Origin: Lama guanicoe
Lineage: Eukaryota
NCBI GenBank assembly: GCA_013239625.1
Contig: MU054187.1
Location: 21,269,280-21,333,279, forward strand
Reading direction: 5' to 3'
Length of the DNA stretch: 64,000 nt
The notes under the pieces are model-generated. The model was not told the DNA's origin. It saw only the letters and a program-made list of their open reading frames with translations, and searched no databases. This document shows positions 38,780 to 50,623 of this stretch, in pieces. Within the stretch, counting starts at the first letter, position 1. Each line of letters opens with the position of its first letter. The position numbers and the translations under genes were made by a program.

Positions 38780-40620
38780 ATCTAGAAATCTCTGCATTTT
38801 AATTAGAGTATTTAGATAATTTATATTTAATGTAATTATTAGTATGGTTGCATTAAAATCTACCATCTTGTTATGTTTTATTTGTCCCACCTTCTCTTTG
38901 TTCTTTTCCTCTTCTATCTTCTTTTAGATAACTGATTATTTTTAGAATCCCATATTATCTCTTACTATTGAATTATTAGCTATACTTCTTTGCTTTATTT
39001 TTAGTGGTTGGTCTAGAGTTTACAATTTGCAAGTTTCTATTACAGTGTACCTTCAAATCCTGTTATATCACTTCATGTACAAAATAGAACTTTACAACAA
39101 TATACTTCCATAAGCCTTTATGGTCTTTTTATGACTATTTTTTCACATTGTACTTTGCATATATGATTAATACCCAATACATTATTATTTTTGCTTTAAA
39201 CTGTCAATTATCCTCTAACTAAATTAAAAATGGTAAAATATTTTGTTTATCCATATTTACCATTCCAATGTTCTTCATTCCTTGATGTAGACTTAGATTT
39301 CTTTCCAGGGTCCTTTTCCTTCTATCTGAAAAGCATCATACAGATCTAATGGCAACAGATTCTGTTAGCTTCTGTTTGGCTGAATTCTTGGCCTTCAGTC
39401 TTGAAGGAAAATTTTGTTGGGTATAAAATTTTAACTTGACAGTTTTTTTTCCCCTATCTACTCTTTCAAAATATCATTCTATTGATTACTGGTTTACATA
39501 ATTTCTGATAAGACTGTGGTGACCTTTCCTGCTAAGTACAAAATACGACTTTTTCCCCTTTTGGTTGCTTTTAAGATTTTCTTTTTCACTATTTCTCAGC
39601 AGTTTGATTAGGATGTACTTTGATATGGTTATCTTTGGGTTTATCCAGCTTAGGGTCTTGACAGGTTTTGGGTCTGTATGTTTACTGGTTTCATTAAATT
39701 TGGAATATTTTTCAAGTATACTTTCTGTTTTCCCCTCCTTCTTGAACTCCAATTCATGTATGTTAAACATTTTGATAGTTTTTTGACAGGTTATTGAAGT
39801 GCTTTTTTTTTTTTCATTTATTTTTCTCTGGACTTCAGTTTGGGTATTTGCTGTTGCAGTGTCTTCACTGATCTTTTTAGGATAGTGTCAAATCAGCTAT
39901 TAATCCTATTTGTTGAGTTTTTCACTTCCTGGTGTTTTTATTTCACAGAAGTTCAATTTGGCTCTTTCATGTACCTTTCATTTTCTCTTCACTGTATCCG
40001 TGTTTTCCTTTAATCTTGAGCCTACTTACAATGTCTCTTTCAAAGTCTGTGCTGAAAACAAACTTGATTAAAAAATGGCCAAAGACCTTAACAGACTCGT
40101 CACTAAAGAAGATATACAGATGGCAAATAAGGATATGAAAAGATGTGCCATGTTATGAGCCATGATTGGGGAAATGCAAATTGAAAGAGCAGTGAGCTGT
40201 CACCACGCATCTATTAGAATGGTGAACAGTCTCAGGGAGACCCCTGTGCAGATGACTGAATCTCTTTCTCCATTTCCTCATACGTCCATTTCTTCAGATC
40301 TTTGCCCTAGATTTTCAGCTGCTTCAGTTTTGCCAAATATGTATCTCTACCTCCCCAACTCAGAAAGCCTACTGTCTCTGCTAATCTGCACCCCTTCCTA
40401 CCTTTCCAGTACAGTGATCTGGAAAGAGCCTGATGGGAGAAAGCTGGGATGTTTATCATAAGATTCACTTCACATGTCTTCTTTTTCTTTTTTCTCAGTC
40501 TTGTGCTGTCTGCTGTCTAGTATCTGAACATGTTTGTATCATATATATTTTTCAGGTTTTTAGTTGTTTATGGCAATAGAGCAAGGTGATTGCAGTAATT
40601 CTGTCATGGTTGAAAGTGGA
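38780..40620 (-). mobile_element. Ancient L1M 5'/ORF1-region fragment (antisense) with a short sense L1 ORF2 piece at ~40055-40225
   Basis: Minus-strand ORF 39486-39770 (...INPKITISKYILIKLLRNSEKENLK) resembles L1 ORF1p. The sense piece AAAAATGGCCAAAGACCTTAACAGAC...AAAGAAGATATACAGATGGCAAATAAG is L1 ORF2. Confidence 0.75.
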
Positions 40621-40898
40621 AGTAAATAATGATTTATTTTGCATTTTTAGGCGTCAGTAAAGCTAAATATTTGGGTATGTTTTCATTCTTCTGTCATTAG
40701 ACTAAAACTTGATTAAGAATTATCATAGTCGTTTCTTTTGTGCCCATGATTGAACAATAGTTCTTTATGTGATGGATAAGTTAAAAGTCCCTGGAATGCA
40801 GAAAATTTCATCTTCAACCAGTGTTGCAATAATCACAATAAGGTTTCACTTTCATTTTACTCCAGTGATGATACAGCAGTCTATAACCCCAGGTTTGT

Positions 40899-41026
40899 GG
40901 GGAGGGTATAGCTCAAGTGTTAAGAGAGCCTGCTTAGCATGCATGAGGTCCTGGGTTCAATCCCCAGTACCTCCTCTAAAAATAAATAAATGAACCTAAT
41001 TTACGCCCCCCCACCAAAGGAAGAAA
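40899..41026 (+). mobile_element. tRNA-derived SINE, camelid Vic-1-like
   Basis: GGGGAGGGTATAGCTCAAGTG (A box)...GGTCCTGGGTTCAATCCCCAGTACCTCC (B box), then an A-rich tail; 19-bp TSD CTATAACC(C/T)CAGGTTTGTG at 40881-40899 and 41027-41045. Confidence 0.9.
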
Positions 41027-44000
41027 CTATAACCTCAGGTTTGTGAATTAAAATGGAAAATATTTGACAGCAGTTTATAATAATAATGTTACACTTTAAT
41101 TCTGCTCTGGAAGTTAAAAGTCTTTTCTGAGTATTTCAGTGCTACTGAATCTCCCATTAGAATCTCATGTATGTCTGTTGCTGGTCCATGAGTCAAAACT
41201 AAACATGTGTGCCTATCATTTGTTTATAATCAAATATAGACATAAAATACTGTATTTGAAATATATGCCTTTGTATAAAAGAGGGAAAGGTTATTTTTTT
41301 AAAAAATCCTTTGAAATGTAAATAAAGATAGCTTGAAAGACTTGCTTCCTCCCATGGAATCCTAGGAGGGGGAACAATTGTTTTGCTTTAGTTTGAGAAC
41401 ACATTTTTCCATGAAACAGTTTACTTGACATTTTTCAGCATTAGCGCTGGTCAATGATTGTCTAGTGCAGTGTGGAAAGTGTTCTCCCTCACAAGATTGA
41501 GAAGGACAGCTTAGTCAATAAAGGATCATTCTTTTGGTCCTTATCTTGCTGATACCGCAAAAGCTCATCCTTAATGCATAGGCACATCAGTGAGGACTGA
41601 GGTACCATAATGAGTATAGACTTGGGCGTGCCCTTCTTTTTATTAATTAGGTCAAGGTAATTCTGTCACTGCATATCCAAGAGCCTATGTCTGAAAATTA
41701 AGGTAAGTGATGTCAGCAGCCTGAACCTGATGATTTTTTTTCTGAGATGGCAAGGGATTAAAGACAACCCTGGCTTTGATTACCTTGCGGTCTTTAGAAA
41801 TTGGAATACTGGATGTGAGACAAGTGATGATTCCATCACAGCCTTTCCTAACTGTAAAACAAAAAGAATAGTTCATCATAGTTTATCCACTAGTTAATAT
41901 TAAAAAGGAAATTGTCAGCCCTATATTTGATCACAAAATAATCTACTATAAAGGACAATCGGTGTATATTTTCTTCATTTACTTGGTTTGAAAAAAAAAA
42001 GACTTGTTGAAACTCTGTTGTAGACTGTTCAAGAGACACATTTCATTTATGTACACTGTGAAATTTTTATGTTAGTTTCTTCCTTACCCTAGAAAAAGAA
42101 AGAAAACAAGCAGTGGATCAGTATTAAGAAATACAAGTACAGCAAAGGCTTTTTAAAGCGTGTGTTTTGATTACTGTAAATAAAATTGTTTCACAGTCAG
42201 ATATTTATATTTAATTTCAGATTGCATGAGAACACGTGGCTGGAATTTACAAAACCTGTGCCAACTTTAATTTTGCCTGTGACTATAGATAAATCAGTGG
42301 CTGAATTGAGTGGTGGATGCATTTACTTTTTGTGACCCAGAGGGGACGCCTTCTGGCAATATGTTTGTTCTTCAAGTTGCCGTGTGTGCCTCCACTCCCT
42401 GTAACAGCATAGCTTGAGCTTAAGACCACCATCTCCCGGAGTAGACAGCTTGAAACTGATTCCCACATTTGTTCCTGATGTGACCTTGGCCACATTGCTC
42501 CAGACCTTCATTTACTTGCCTGTAAAATGAAGAAAATCACGGGATACGTTCATTTAATGTTTTACAAAAATGCTAAGAGGTACTGCGATTCTCTTCATTG
42601 TATAGATGAAGAGAATTGCAGTACCTCTTAGCATTTAGAGAAGAAAATTTCAAGCTGCCAATAAAATATTTGTGGAATGTTGTATTGCTTGAAACCATAT
42701 CTGGTATATAATAAACCAGAAACAATTGTAGTAGCACTAGTAGCCATAATAATAATATTTGGTCTTTCCACAAATATTTCACTGGCTGGGCTCCTGAAGA
42801 CATTTGAATTTGTAACAGAAGCTCTAAACCTTCATCAGACTCTTACACTGTCTGGAACATAATGACGTGGTCATTGGAGGAAGTCCTAGATAGTCTGCTT
42901 TCCAGTCTACAGCATCTCTTTCTTTCTTTCTTTTCCTTTTTGTAATTCCACCACCTTGACTGTCTTCTTGTTCACTGAACTTTTGACTGTACATAGAAGC
43001 TGACAGGTGTTTTCCCAGAGGTGACACCAACTGCTTCACACAGCTGTTATCTGACAGTTTCCAGGTCTTTCTGAGGGAAGCACATGACGGAAAGGCCATC
43101 AGACAAGCAGGCCAACAGTTGCGCTTGGCATAATTAAACGCTTCTTCAGGGAAGGAAACAGTCAATCTCACAGTTTTCAGTCAGGCTGACATTATCCACC
43201 TATTTTGCAAGGTACATTCACAGAGTTTCAAGGGTTGATTGACTGAAGCTGAGGAGGAAAGGCTAAATGTCAGGCTTTTAAGATGAAACCAGTGGCAGCT
43301 CTGTAGCAGCCTGGCAGGTGGAGTGAAGTCTAGAATTAAGAGTGACAGAGGAGTGGCTACTGGTGACGTGAAGATGGTGTTAGCTGGGAAAGAGAAGTCA
43401 GCCTGTGGTTAGACTCTGCATGGGTTCTGATTAGGGGTAGAAAGGGATGTATACTGATTCATATTTGCAGAATCATTTCAACATTCAAAAGAAAAATGTC
43501 CACAATTCTCCTTTCCTTTTGAAATATTAATATATTCCCCTGTTTCAGCAGTTCCCAAGACAGTGAGATCTTGTTTAAAGGTCATTTTATTTATTAATTA
43601 CATTTTTAATATTCTGGGGCCACTGCTTTAAGAGGTGTGAAAAATCTAGAAAAATAGAAATTAATTGCATTAAGATGGTGGAGAGTAGAGAAGATGCATT
43701 TAAAGTTAATGAGAAAAGAAAATATCTGAAAAGTTTTGATTCATGGTATTTCACTGTAAAAATAAAGAGCTTTAAATATTCAGAATTTTAAATAGTCGAA
43801 CAAAATATTAAATAAAGCATCCATACTTTAATAAAATTCAACAGCTAATGTGACACCATTAGGTTTCCTGTGTGTGTTTCAAACACTAACTTCTTTTTCC
43901 CCCCTTATTTTGAAATGAGAGGCAATTAAAATTCAGATATTAGTGACTTAGGTTATAAAAGTCATTGGATAAATTAAAAGCCATCTTCTTGCTTTTTAAA

Positions 44001-44099
44001 ATTGGAGAAAAATGTGACAAGATGAGAATTATTAATTCAATTCTGTTTTTTTTTCATTAGTTAAGATGTAATAAATTTTCAAGACAGAATAATAGTTTA

Positions 44100-44435
44100 T
44101 CCAGTTCTATCCAACAGCTGCACTGTGTGAAACAAAATTCAATTTTAAATTTTTTAGGAGTCAAAAGAAACGGGAAATTAATTTGTGATATATTATATTT
44201 AACCTACTGTTCAAAATATTATCATTTCAATGTATAATCAATATAAAAACTATTGAGATAATGCCTAACATATGATTGAAGTGATTAACCAATGTAAAAT
44301 TATGAACGAGAATTTTTACATCATTTTTCATACTAAATTTTCAAATTCTGATATGTATTTTACACTTTTCAGTGCTTCTCAATCTGATCAATAGCCACAT
44401 GAGGCTGGTGGTGGTTATCTACCAAAACCAACCAC
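44100..44435. mobile_element. MER33/MER3-like hAT-Charlie MITE
   Basis: CAGTTCTATCCAACAG start, AAAATATTATCATTTCAATGTATAATCAATATAAAA, CAATAGCCACATGAGGCTGGTGG near the end. Confidence 0.7.
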
Positions 44436-44672
44436 ACAGATTTAGATAACTTACCTTCATTCCATTCACTCATTCATTCATTCATGGCTCAAAACTGGTA
44501 AGAGGGATATTAATTGATGGCAGATGTATTTTTATGTTCTATATTACATACTAAACTATATTTTCAGTTTCTTTTTGGTAATATTCTATTTTCAGCTAAA
44601 GAGTGTCCTCTGTTAGAGGTTTTTCTCAGGTATATCTTATCATTACTAATATTCTTAAAATTACTAAAAACA

Positions 44673-45234
44673 TTGTTCCAAATTGCTATTGCTGCCTGAC
44701 GAAGTACTCCGTGTTTTCTCAGGGTAAGACAAGCATCTTATTATGCTCCCAGATTCTATGGTCAGTATTTAAAAGGGCAAAGCAGGAGTGGCATGTCTTT
44801 GATGCCCAAGTTCTGGGGCCGTGATTCAGGAAGTCCAAGGAGTGGCTCAGTGTCTGGGAGCTGGAATTATCTAGAATCTTTGTTCACTCGCTTATCTGGT
44901 GCCTCACGTGGGAGACGTGGGAGCAACAGCGTCTGACCACGGCACTTCCACGTGGCCTCTCCGTGTCGCCTGGCCCCCTGACAGCATGGCACACCAGAGT
45001 GGGTAGGCTTTTCCCATGGGGCTCGGGCTCCCAGTTTAAGTGTTCCATCAAGTAAGACCCAAGTTGCATTCCCTTATAGGACCTAACCTTAGAATTGCCA
45101 CAGTGTCATTTCTATGCCTTTCTATTGGTTACAGGCTAGTCGTTAAGGTCAATCCAAATTCAAAGAGAGGTGACATCAATCTCACCTCCATTTCAGGGTC
45201 AAAGAATTTGAGAATGTGTTTTAGGAACATTACA
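44673..45234 (-). mobile_element. MLT1 (MaLR) solo LTR, MLT1H-like
   Basis: GCTATTGCTGCCTGAC...TTATTATGCTCCCAGATTCTATGGTCAG...GCTGGAATTATCTAGA...CCAAATTCAAAGAGAGG...ATTACA. Confidence 0.75.
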
Positions 45235-45544
45235 TAAGTTTGCTTTCTGAAAAGTTTGCTTCTCTGTGTCCACAGTTACGTGTTCTCTGTGAATTCTTCT
45301 CAGTCTTTATCTGTTGTAACTCTAGATAAGGACTGTATTCAGAGATCCACCAGCGATCTCATTTCTGTATGCCTGGAGTCTGACATAATGCCACCGTGCT
45401 GTATCCATAATTTATGGACTTGTAAGGGCTACATTAACTGATAACATGGTAAGTGTTCTGCAGAGGCTTGGCCCCTGTATGTACTCATTAACTGTTAGCT
45501 TTAAGTGTCCTAGAGAGCTATTACCATAATGATAAATCTTTGTT

Positions 45545-45715
45545 TAAGCTCCAGTTCCACTGCTTGCAATATATTTTACCTCCATTAAGTTACTTCACTT
45601 CTCTAAACCTCTGTTTCCTTTTTGTAAAATGAAGGTAGTAACAGTCAATTTTATAGGATATTAGGAATAATCATTATGCTTATTATAGTGTCTGGTACAT
45701 AGTAAGCAACGTATT
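45545..45715 (+). mobile_element. MIR SINE
   Basis: AAGTTACTTCACTTCTCTAAACCTCTGTTTCCTTTTTGTAAAATG...GTGTCTGGTACATAGTAAGCA. Confidence 0.75.
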
Positions 45716-48641
45716 TCATGAAAATTTGTCCAGAAGTTTTAACTGCAACAAGTCTCTCTTTGGATTACTCCATGAAGAAAGGATTTTCAATCAATAATAC
45801 AGAAGAAGAGGAAGTTTCCTATTCTAATCAATAAGAGAGGACAAATCTGGGGCAGGTTAATGATGGATATATTTTATTCCATAATATCATTTGTGTTCTT
45901 GAAATAGTGTTAAGATCAATCAAGTCAAGTAAATTTCCAGACTGATATTAATACTGACTGTGCCTTGAAAACATTCATAATTAATTAAATCAAATTAGGA
46001 TAATTAAGTGTCTTCCTACATGACTGATTCTTACCTTAGTGTAGAATGTTAAGAAAAAAAAGAGCTCCACACAATGCTTCTTTGTGATTTTCCTATTTAT
46101 GTATTTTAATATATCCAATCTTTCCTAAGTGTCTAAGAATTGCTGTTCATGTATGTTCAACCACAGCTTCATACTTCAATACTGTTAGAGTTTAAACCTG
46201 GTAAATTTTACCGATAAACATTGAAGAGTTTTGCAGTGCAGTGATAACTACCGTTACAGCAAGTGTAACACGGATTTTTCTTCACATTTTACTTTTACTT
46301 CCTGAACAGTAAAAAGGTATAAATTCACAGCGAACCACACCTTCTTGGGAGTGACATATCAGGCTGATGAGTTAACCGGAGCTCTTGCTCCACGCTACAG
46401 TGTAACTGAAAAGACGTGCCAGGCATCCCACTTAACTTGTTAAAGGATCTCTCATTTTTCTGCATGACCCATTTGGTTGATATTGCTGCAGATATGTAAT
46501 ATTTTCTGGAACGTTGTTATCCTTCTATTTCTAGTTCACATACGATAGGAAAACTATTTAAGACGTAGAGGAAGCTACATTGTAAAAACATCACTGAGTT
46601 CAGTGTTAAGAGAGCTGGGTTGTAGTCCTCTTTCGGCTGCTAACAAAGGAACTGATTTTGAACACACCCCCGACCCCTCCAGGCTGGTTTGGTATAATGG
46701 TTGGTGTGGTCTAGGTAAGGACGCTCACCTGCAAATATTCTTTGATTTCATAAACGAGGCATAGATTTGTGTCTCATCATAATGACCAAAGCGACATGTA
46801 CCATTTTTAGGGATGAAAAGCTTCGGGTAGTTTAGGACGTTATGTGACACTAATGTAAATTTCCTTTGTTCCTAAGTAATCAGCGACAGTCTTGACTTCC
46901 TTCCTGGCTCCATCTGTCTGCACACTAAAGGACATGGCGCTGCCTTAGTAACAGAAATCAGTGATAGAGATTCCGTCTTTGATTTCCTCACCCCAGTGTT
47001 TGATTTTTCCAGTAAAAATGGACCCAACATTTTCTTGATCTTCTGATAAACAGCAGTGCTCTTTCCACAAAATGAAATAATTTATAGACTTCTGAGTTTT
47101 CAGTTCACATGTGAACTTACTGCCATCAGACTTGTGGTTAGCAAGGCTAAGGATGTTTCCAGATTTTTTTTTTAACGTACCAGATTGTTGAGTTGGAAGT
47201 GTTTCCACATTGATTTTTGAATTCCTAAGCATGAGTAATATAATAAACTGATGAAAGCTGTGGGTCTGTATGTAGTAAACTTTCTTCCTATCTACTTTCA
47301 GATCTTGCAGTGATCTTTAGATTGGTTTAATGTTTCTGGAAGAGTGAAGGCATACATAATTCTAAAACTTAATACAAAAAAAAAACCTGATATTTTGATG
47401 ACATAGTGTATGCCAAGCTTTGTTTGATGGCTAAAAAATGTTGCTTTACTAAAACCTTGCAACAGTCTTGTGATGTAAGTTATTATTGAAAAGTCAGAAA
47501 CCAGAGGCTTAGAAATAGTGAAGTTGTTCATCACATCGATTCAGCTGGGACAGTTTAGAGTCTGAATATAACTCGTCATCGCAAAGTTTAGGATACTCAC
47601 ATATCTGATGATATTTTAAATTGGAAAAAAATTGGATGATATCAGAACAGATTATATATAACTTATGGAAACCAATACATGACATTCACATAATTTCTTA
47701 CCTTTCTTAAATTTCTTTAGGGGTTTACTCTTTAGTAAATACCTTTATGGATTAAATAGGTTAAATTTAATAGGGATTTAATCATTTTGATGATGTTTTT
47801 CTTATTCTCTTAAAAACTTGTTAATATTTAAGTGTATTTTATTTCAAGTTTCTTTTTTCCATGAAGCAACATCATTTTGCAATCACCTGAGATACATCTG
47901 CAGAAGTAAAAGAAACTTGACTAAAGCTTGTGTTAAAGAGCTGAGATTGTGAGTTGAGGAAAAAAATAAAGTAACTATCACACAAGGGTAACAGATCCAC
48001 TTTCCATCTCCTTATATCTTCTTTAGAATCATGAGGAAACTTCTAGACAGATGATTTTTCCCTTCCACTAACAGCTTATTATGTATGGCATTTTCTAGAG
48101 CAACTCTGTTCTATGCCGTGTTACTCAGCACCGAGGGTAACACACCTTTTGTTTCTGCTTCCCTGGTTGTTCAATGATTCATATATTTGGGGTCTTTCCT
48201 TGGCTTGAAACATTTAAGTCAATCTTCCCCCAGAACGTGTGCTTGAGTCCCTGTGGTTGTTATGGGTGCTTTTTGATAATGGCATTGAATTGCACTGAGC
48301 AATTTAGAATCTCTCACTTTCCTCTTAAGCGTCAGGCGTTGATGTATATGCCATGATGCCACTCATTCTTTCCCTGAATGCATTAACCTTCATTCTCTGT
48401 GTTTGTGTCTGGTCTGCCTTGTCTGATTTGGAATTAAAGCTCTCTGGCAAAAGTCTAATTTGGTGCTGTGTACGTTCTAAAGTCATCGCATGAGTTCAGT
48501 AGATGTTTCTTAATGAATATAATTGTCAACATTATTAGTGGGTTTTATTATGGATTCATAGTAGTGATAATAATATGCAGTGATTATTATTGGAAAGAGG
48601 TAACTAGACCTCAGTTTCCTTAATGAGGGAAGGACAGATAA

Positions 48642-48733
48642 TGTGTGTATATACATACACATTTTGTGTGTGCACACACACATACACATATATAATTACA
48701 TATATTTGTGTGTGTGTGTGTGTATATATATAT
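48642..48733. repeat. Mixed (TA)/(CA)/(TG) low-complexity dinucleotide tract
   Basis: Direct reading of the sequence. Confidence 0.85.
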
Positions 48734-49139
48734 TTAATTGATTGTTTTCCATATCCACACTGTCATAGAAAATGTTTCTTGGATGGCTATTTACACTTTA
48801 TTTAAATATACTTTCATCTAAAGTAACAATGGAAATAGAATACATCTAAATGTTGTTTCATTGACATTTTAGTTAATTCAGAAAATACCTTTTGTTTATA
48901 CCTTAACATAGATGCTAAAATGTACCAAGTACTCTCAAATATTGGAGACAAAGGAGAAACAAGAATTGGTCCTGTCTTCCAGTTGCCCATCATGTAAGGT
49001 ACTTACAAGTGAGCAGACACTTGCGGTCCCGGCTGCAAAATGCTACGACAGGGTCAGGTGTGGAAAGCTCAGCTAAGGTTTCCTTAGGAAATGTGCTTTT
49101 CAGGATTCTTTCCTGATTCCAGCAGGGGGCCTTGTTGGG

Positions 49140-49315
49140 CACTATCATGCACTAGCCAAATTTAAGCTTCAAAAGAACCGTAGGAGATATTTAAATTTTA
49201 TTTTCATACCAGAAAATTGTAGCTTCGTGGTATGTGTGATTGACTTGTCCAAGGTCACAGAGCAGAGATTTGAATCTAGGTCTGTCATACCCAAGACCAA
49301 AACTCCTTCTGTCTA
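49140..49315 (-). mobile_element. MIR SINE
   Basis: TGACTTGTCCAAGGTCACAGAGCAGAGATTTGAATCTAGGTCTGTC. Confidence 0.7.
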
Positions 49316-50031
49316 CTTGATGACTCCCTAAATAAAGCCCTCAGATCCAAGCACTTAGAAAATTAAGACGCCTCCCTTCATTTGATCCATTAATGTATGT
49401 ATAGTGAACCTATAATTTGAATTATTGACAGTTGTTATCCATAGAACAGCAACTAATATTTTAATGATTGATCTCAAGCTAATATTGTAAAGTTAAGCTG
49501 GAAAATAATACTGAGTAATGTTTCCTTTGTTAAAAAAAAAAGAGAAAACAAAACAAAACTTTACATTGCAGGTTTCTAGATGCTCCTAGGGCTAAAGGTA
49601 AAAATAATACACTTAATTTGTAAAAATATGTCTCATGACCTGTTAGTACTCCAGACTTCTTGGCGAGGCATATTCTTTTTTCATGCTTTGACTACGTCAT
49701 GGTAGAGCACCCATGTAATATATTTTTGTGAGCCCCACAGCACTGTGCAAAAATCATCTGACTCACTTTGTTTCAATTTGTCTGGGTTAAAGAGCAGCAT
49801 TGGTGTCTCAGCTTCCCAAGCCTGAAAAATGGAATGCTGCTGAACGTGTCATTAAACACAGCAGGCAGTGACTTCAGCACAGGCTCTAAGTAGCAGTCCT
49901 CACACTTCAGGAGCAAAACAACGTACAGAGAGCGCCCAGTCAAAGGCAGGTTTGTTTTCTTCATGTTGCCCTTTATCTCTTCATAGAACATAGGGTTATG
50001 GAATAAACATCGTTAAAAGTGGACATTTTCT

Positions 50032-50623
50032 AAATGCTGGAGAGGCTGTGGAGAAAGGGGAACCCTCCTGTGCTGCTGCTGGGAATGCAGTTTGGCGCAG
50101 CCACTGTGGAAAACAGTGTGGAGATTCCTCAAAGGCTAGGAGTAGACTTATCGTATGACCAAGGAGTCCCACTCCTGGGCATATATCCAGAAGGAACCCT
50201 ATTTCAAAAAGACACCTGCACCCCAATGTTTGTAGCAGCACTATTTACAATAGCCAAGACATGGAAACAGCCTAAATGTCCATCAACAGATGACTGGATA
50301 AAGAAGAGGTGGTATATTTATACAATGGAATTCTATTCAGCCATAAAAAATGACATAACGCCATTTGCAACAACATGGATGGCCCTGGAGAATGTCATCC
50401 TAAGTGAAATAAGCCAGAAAGAGAAACAAAAATACCATATGAGATTGCTCATGTGTGGAATCTAAAAAAAAAAAAAAAAAAAAAAAAAAGTGGTAGCTCA
50501 CAGTGAAAAAAAATGTGACAATGAGTATATGTATGTTCATGTATAACTGAAAAATTGTGCTCTACACTGGAATTTGACACAACATTGTAAAATGACTATA
50601 ACTCAATAAAAAATAGTTTTAAA
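50032..50623 (+). mobile_element. Young 5'-truncated L1 (ORF2 C-terminus plus an internally deleted 3'UTR)
   Basis: ORF 50034-50465 (..CTPMFVAALFTIAKTWKQPKCPSTDDWIKKRWYIYTMEFYSAIK..) is the L1 ORF2p C-terminus. TSD GTGGACATTTTCT at 50019-50031 and 50628-50640, preceded by a TT/AAAA endonuclease site. Confidence 0.95.

Noticed and set aside
40899..40975. tRNA gene
   Set aside because: It has A and B boxes but no proper cloverleaf or acceptor stem, and it carries an A-rich tail and a long TSD, so it is a SINE.
48124..48144. REST/NRSF RE1 site (CTCAGCACCGAGGGTAACACA)
   Set aside because: The left half TCAGCACC is perfect, but the right half GGGTAA differs from GGACAG at three positions. That is too weak to call without ChIP data.
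50034..50465. 143-aa ORF as a host gene
   Set aside because: It is the C-terminal end of L1 ORF2p in a 5'-truncated copy with TSDs.
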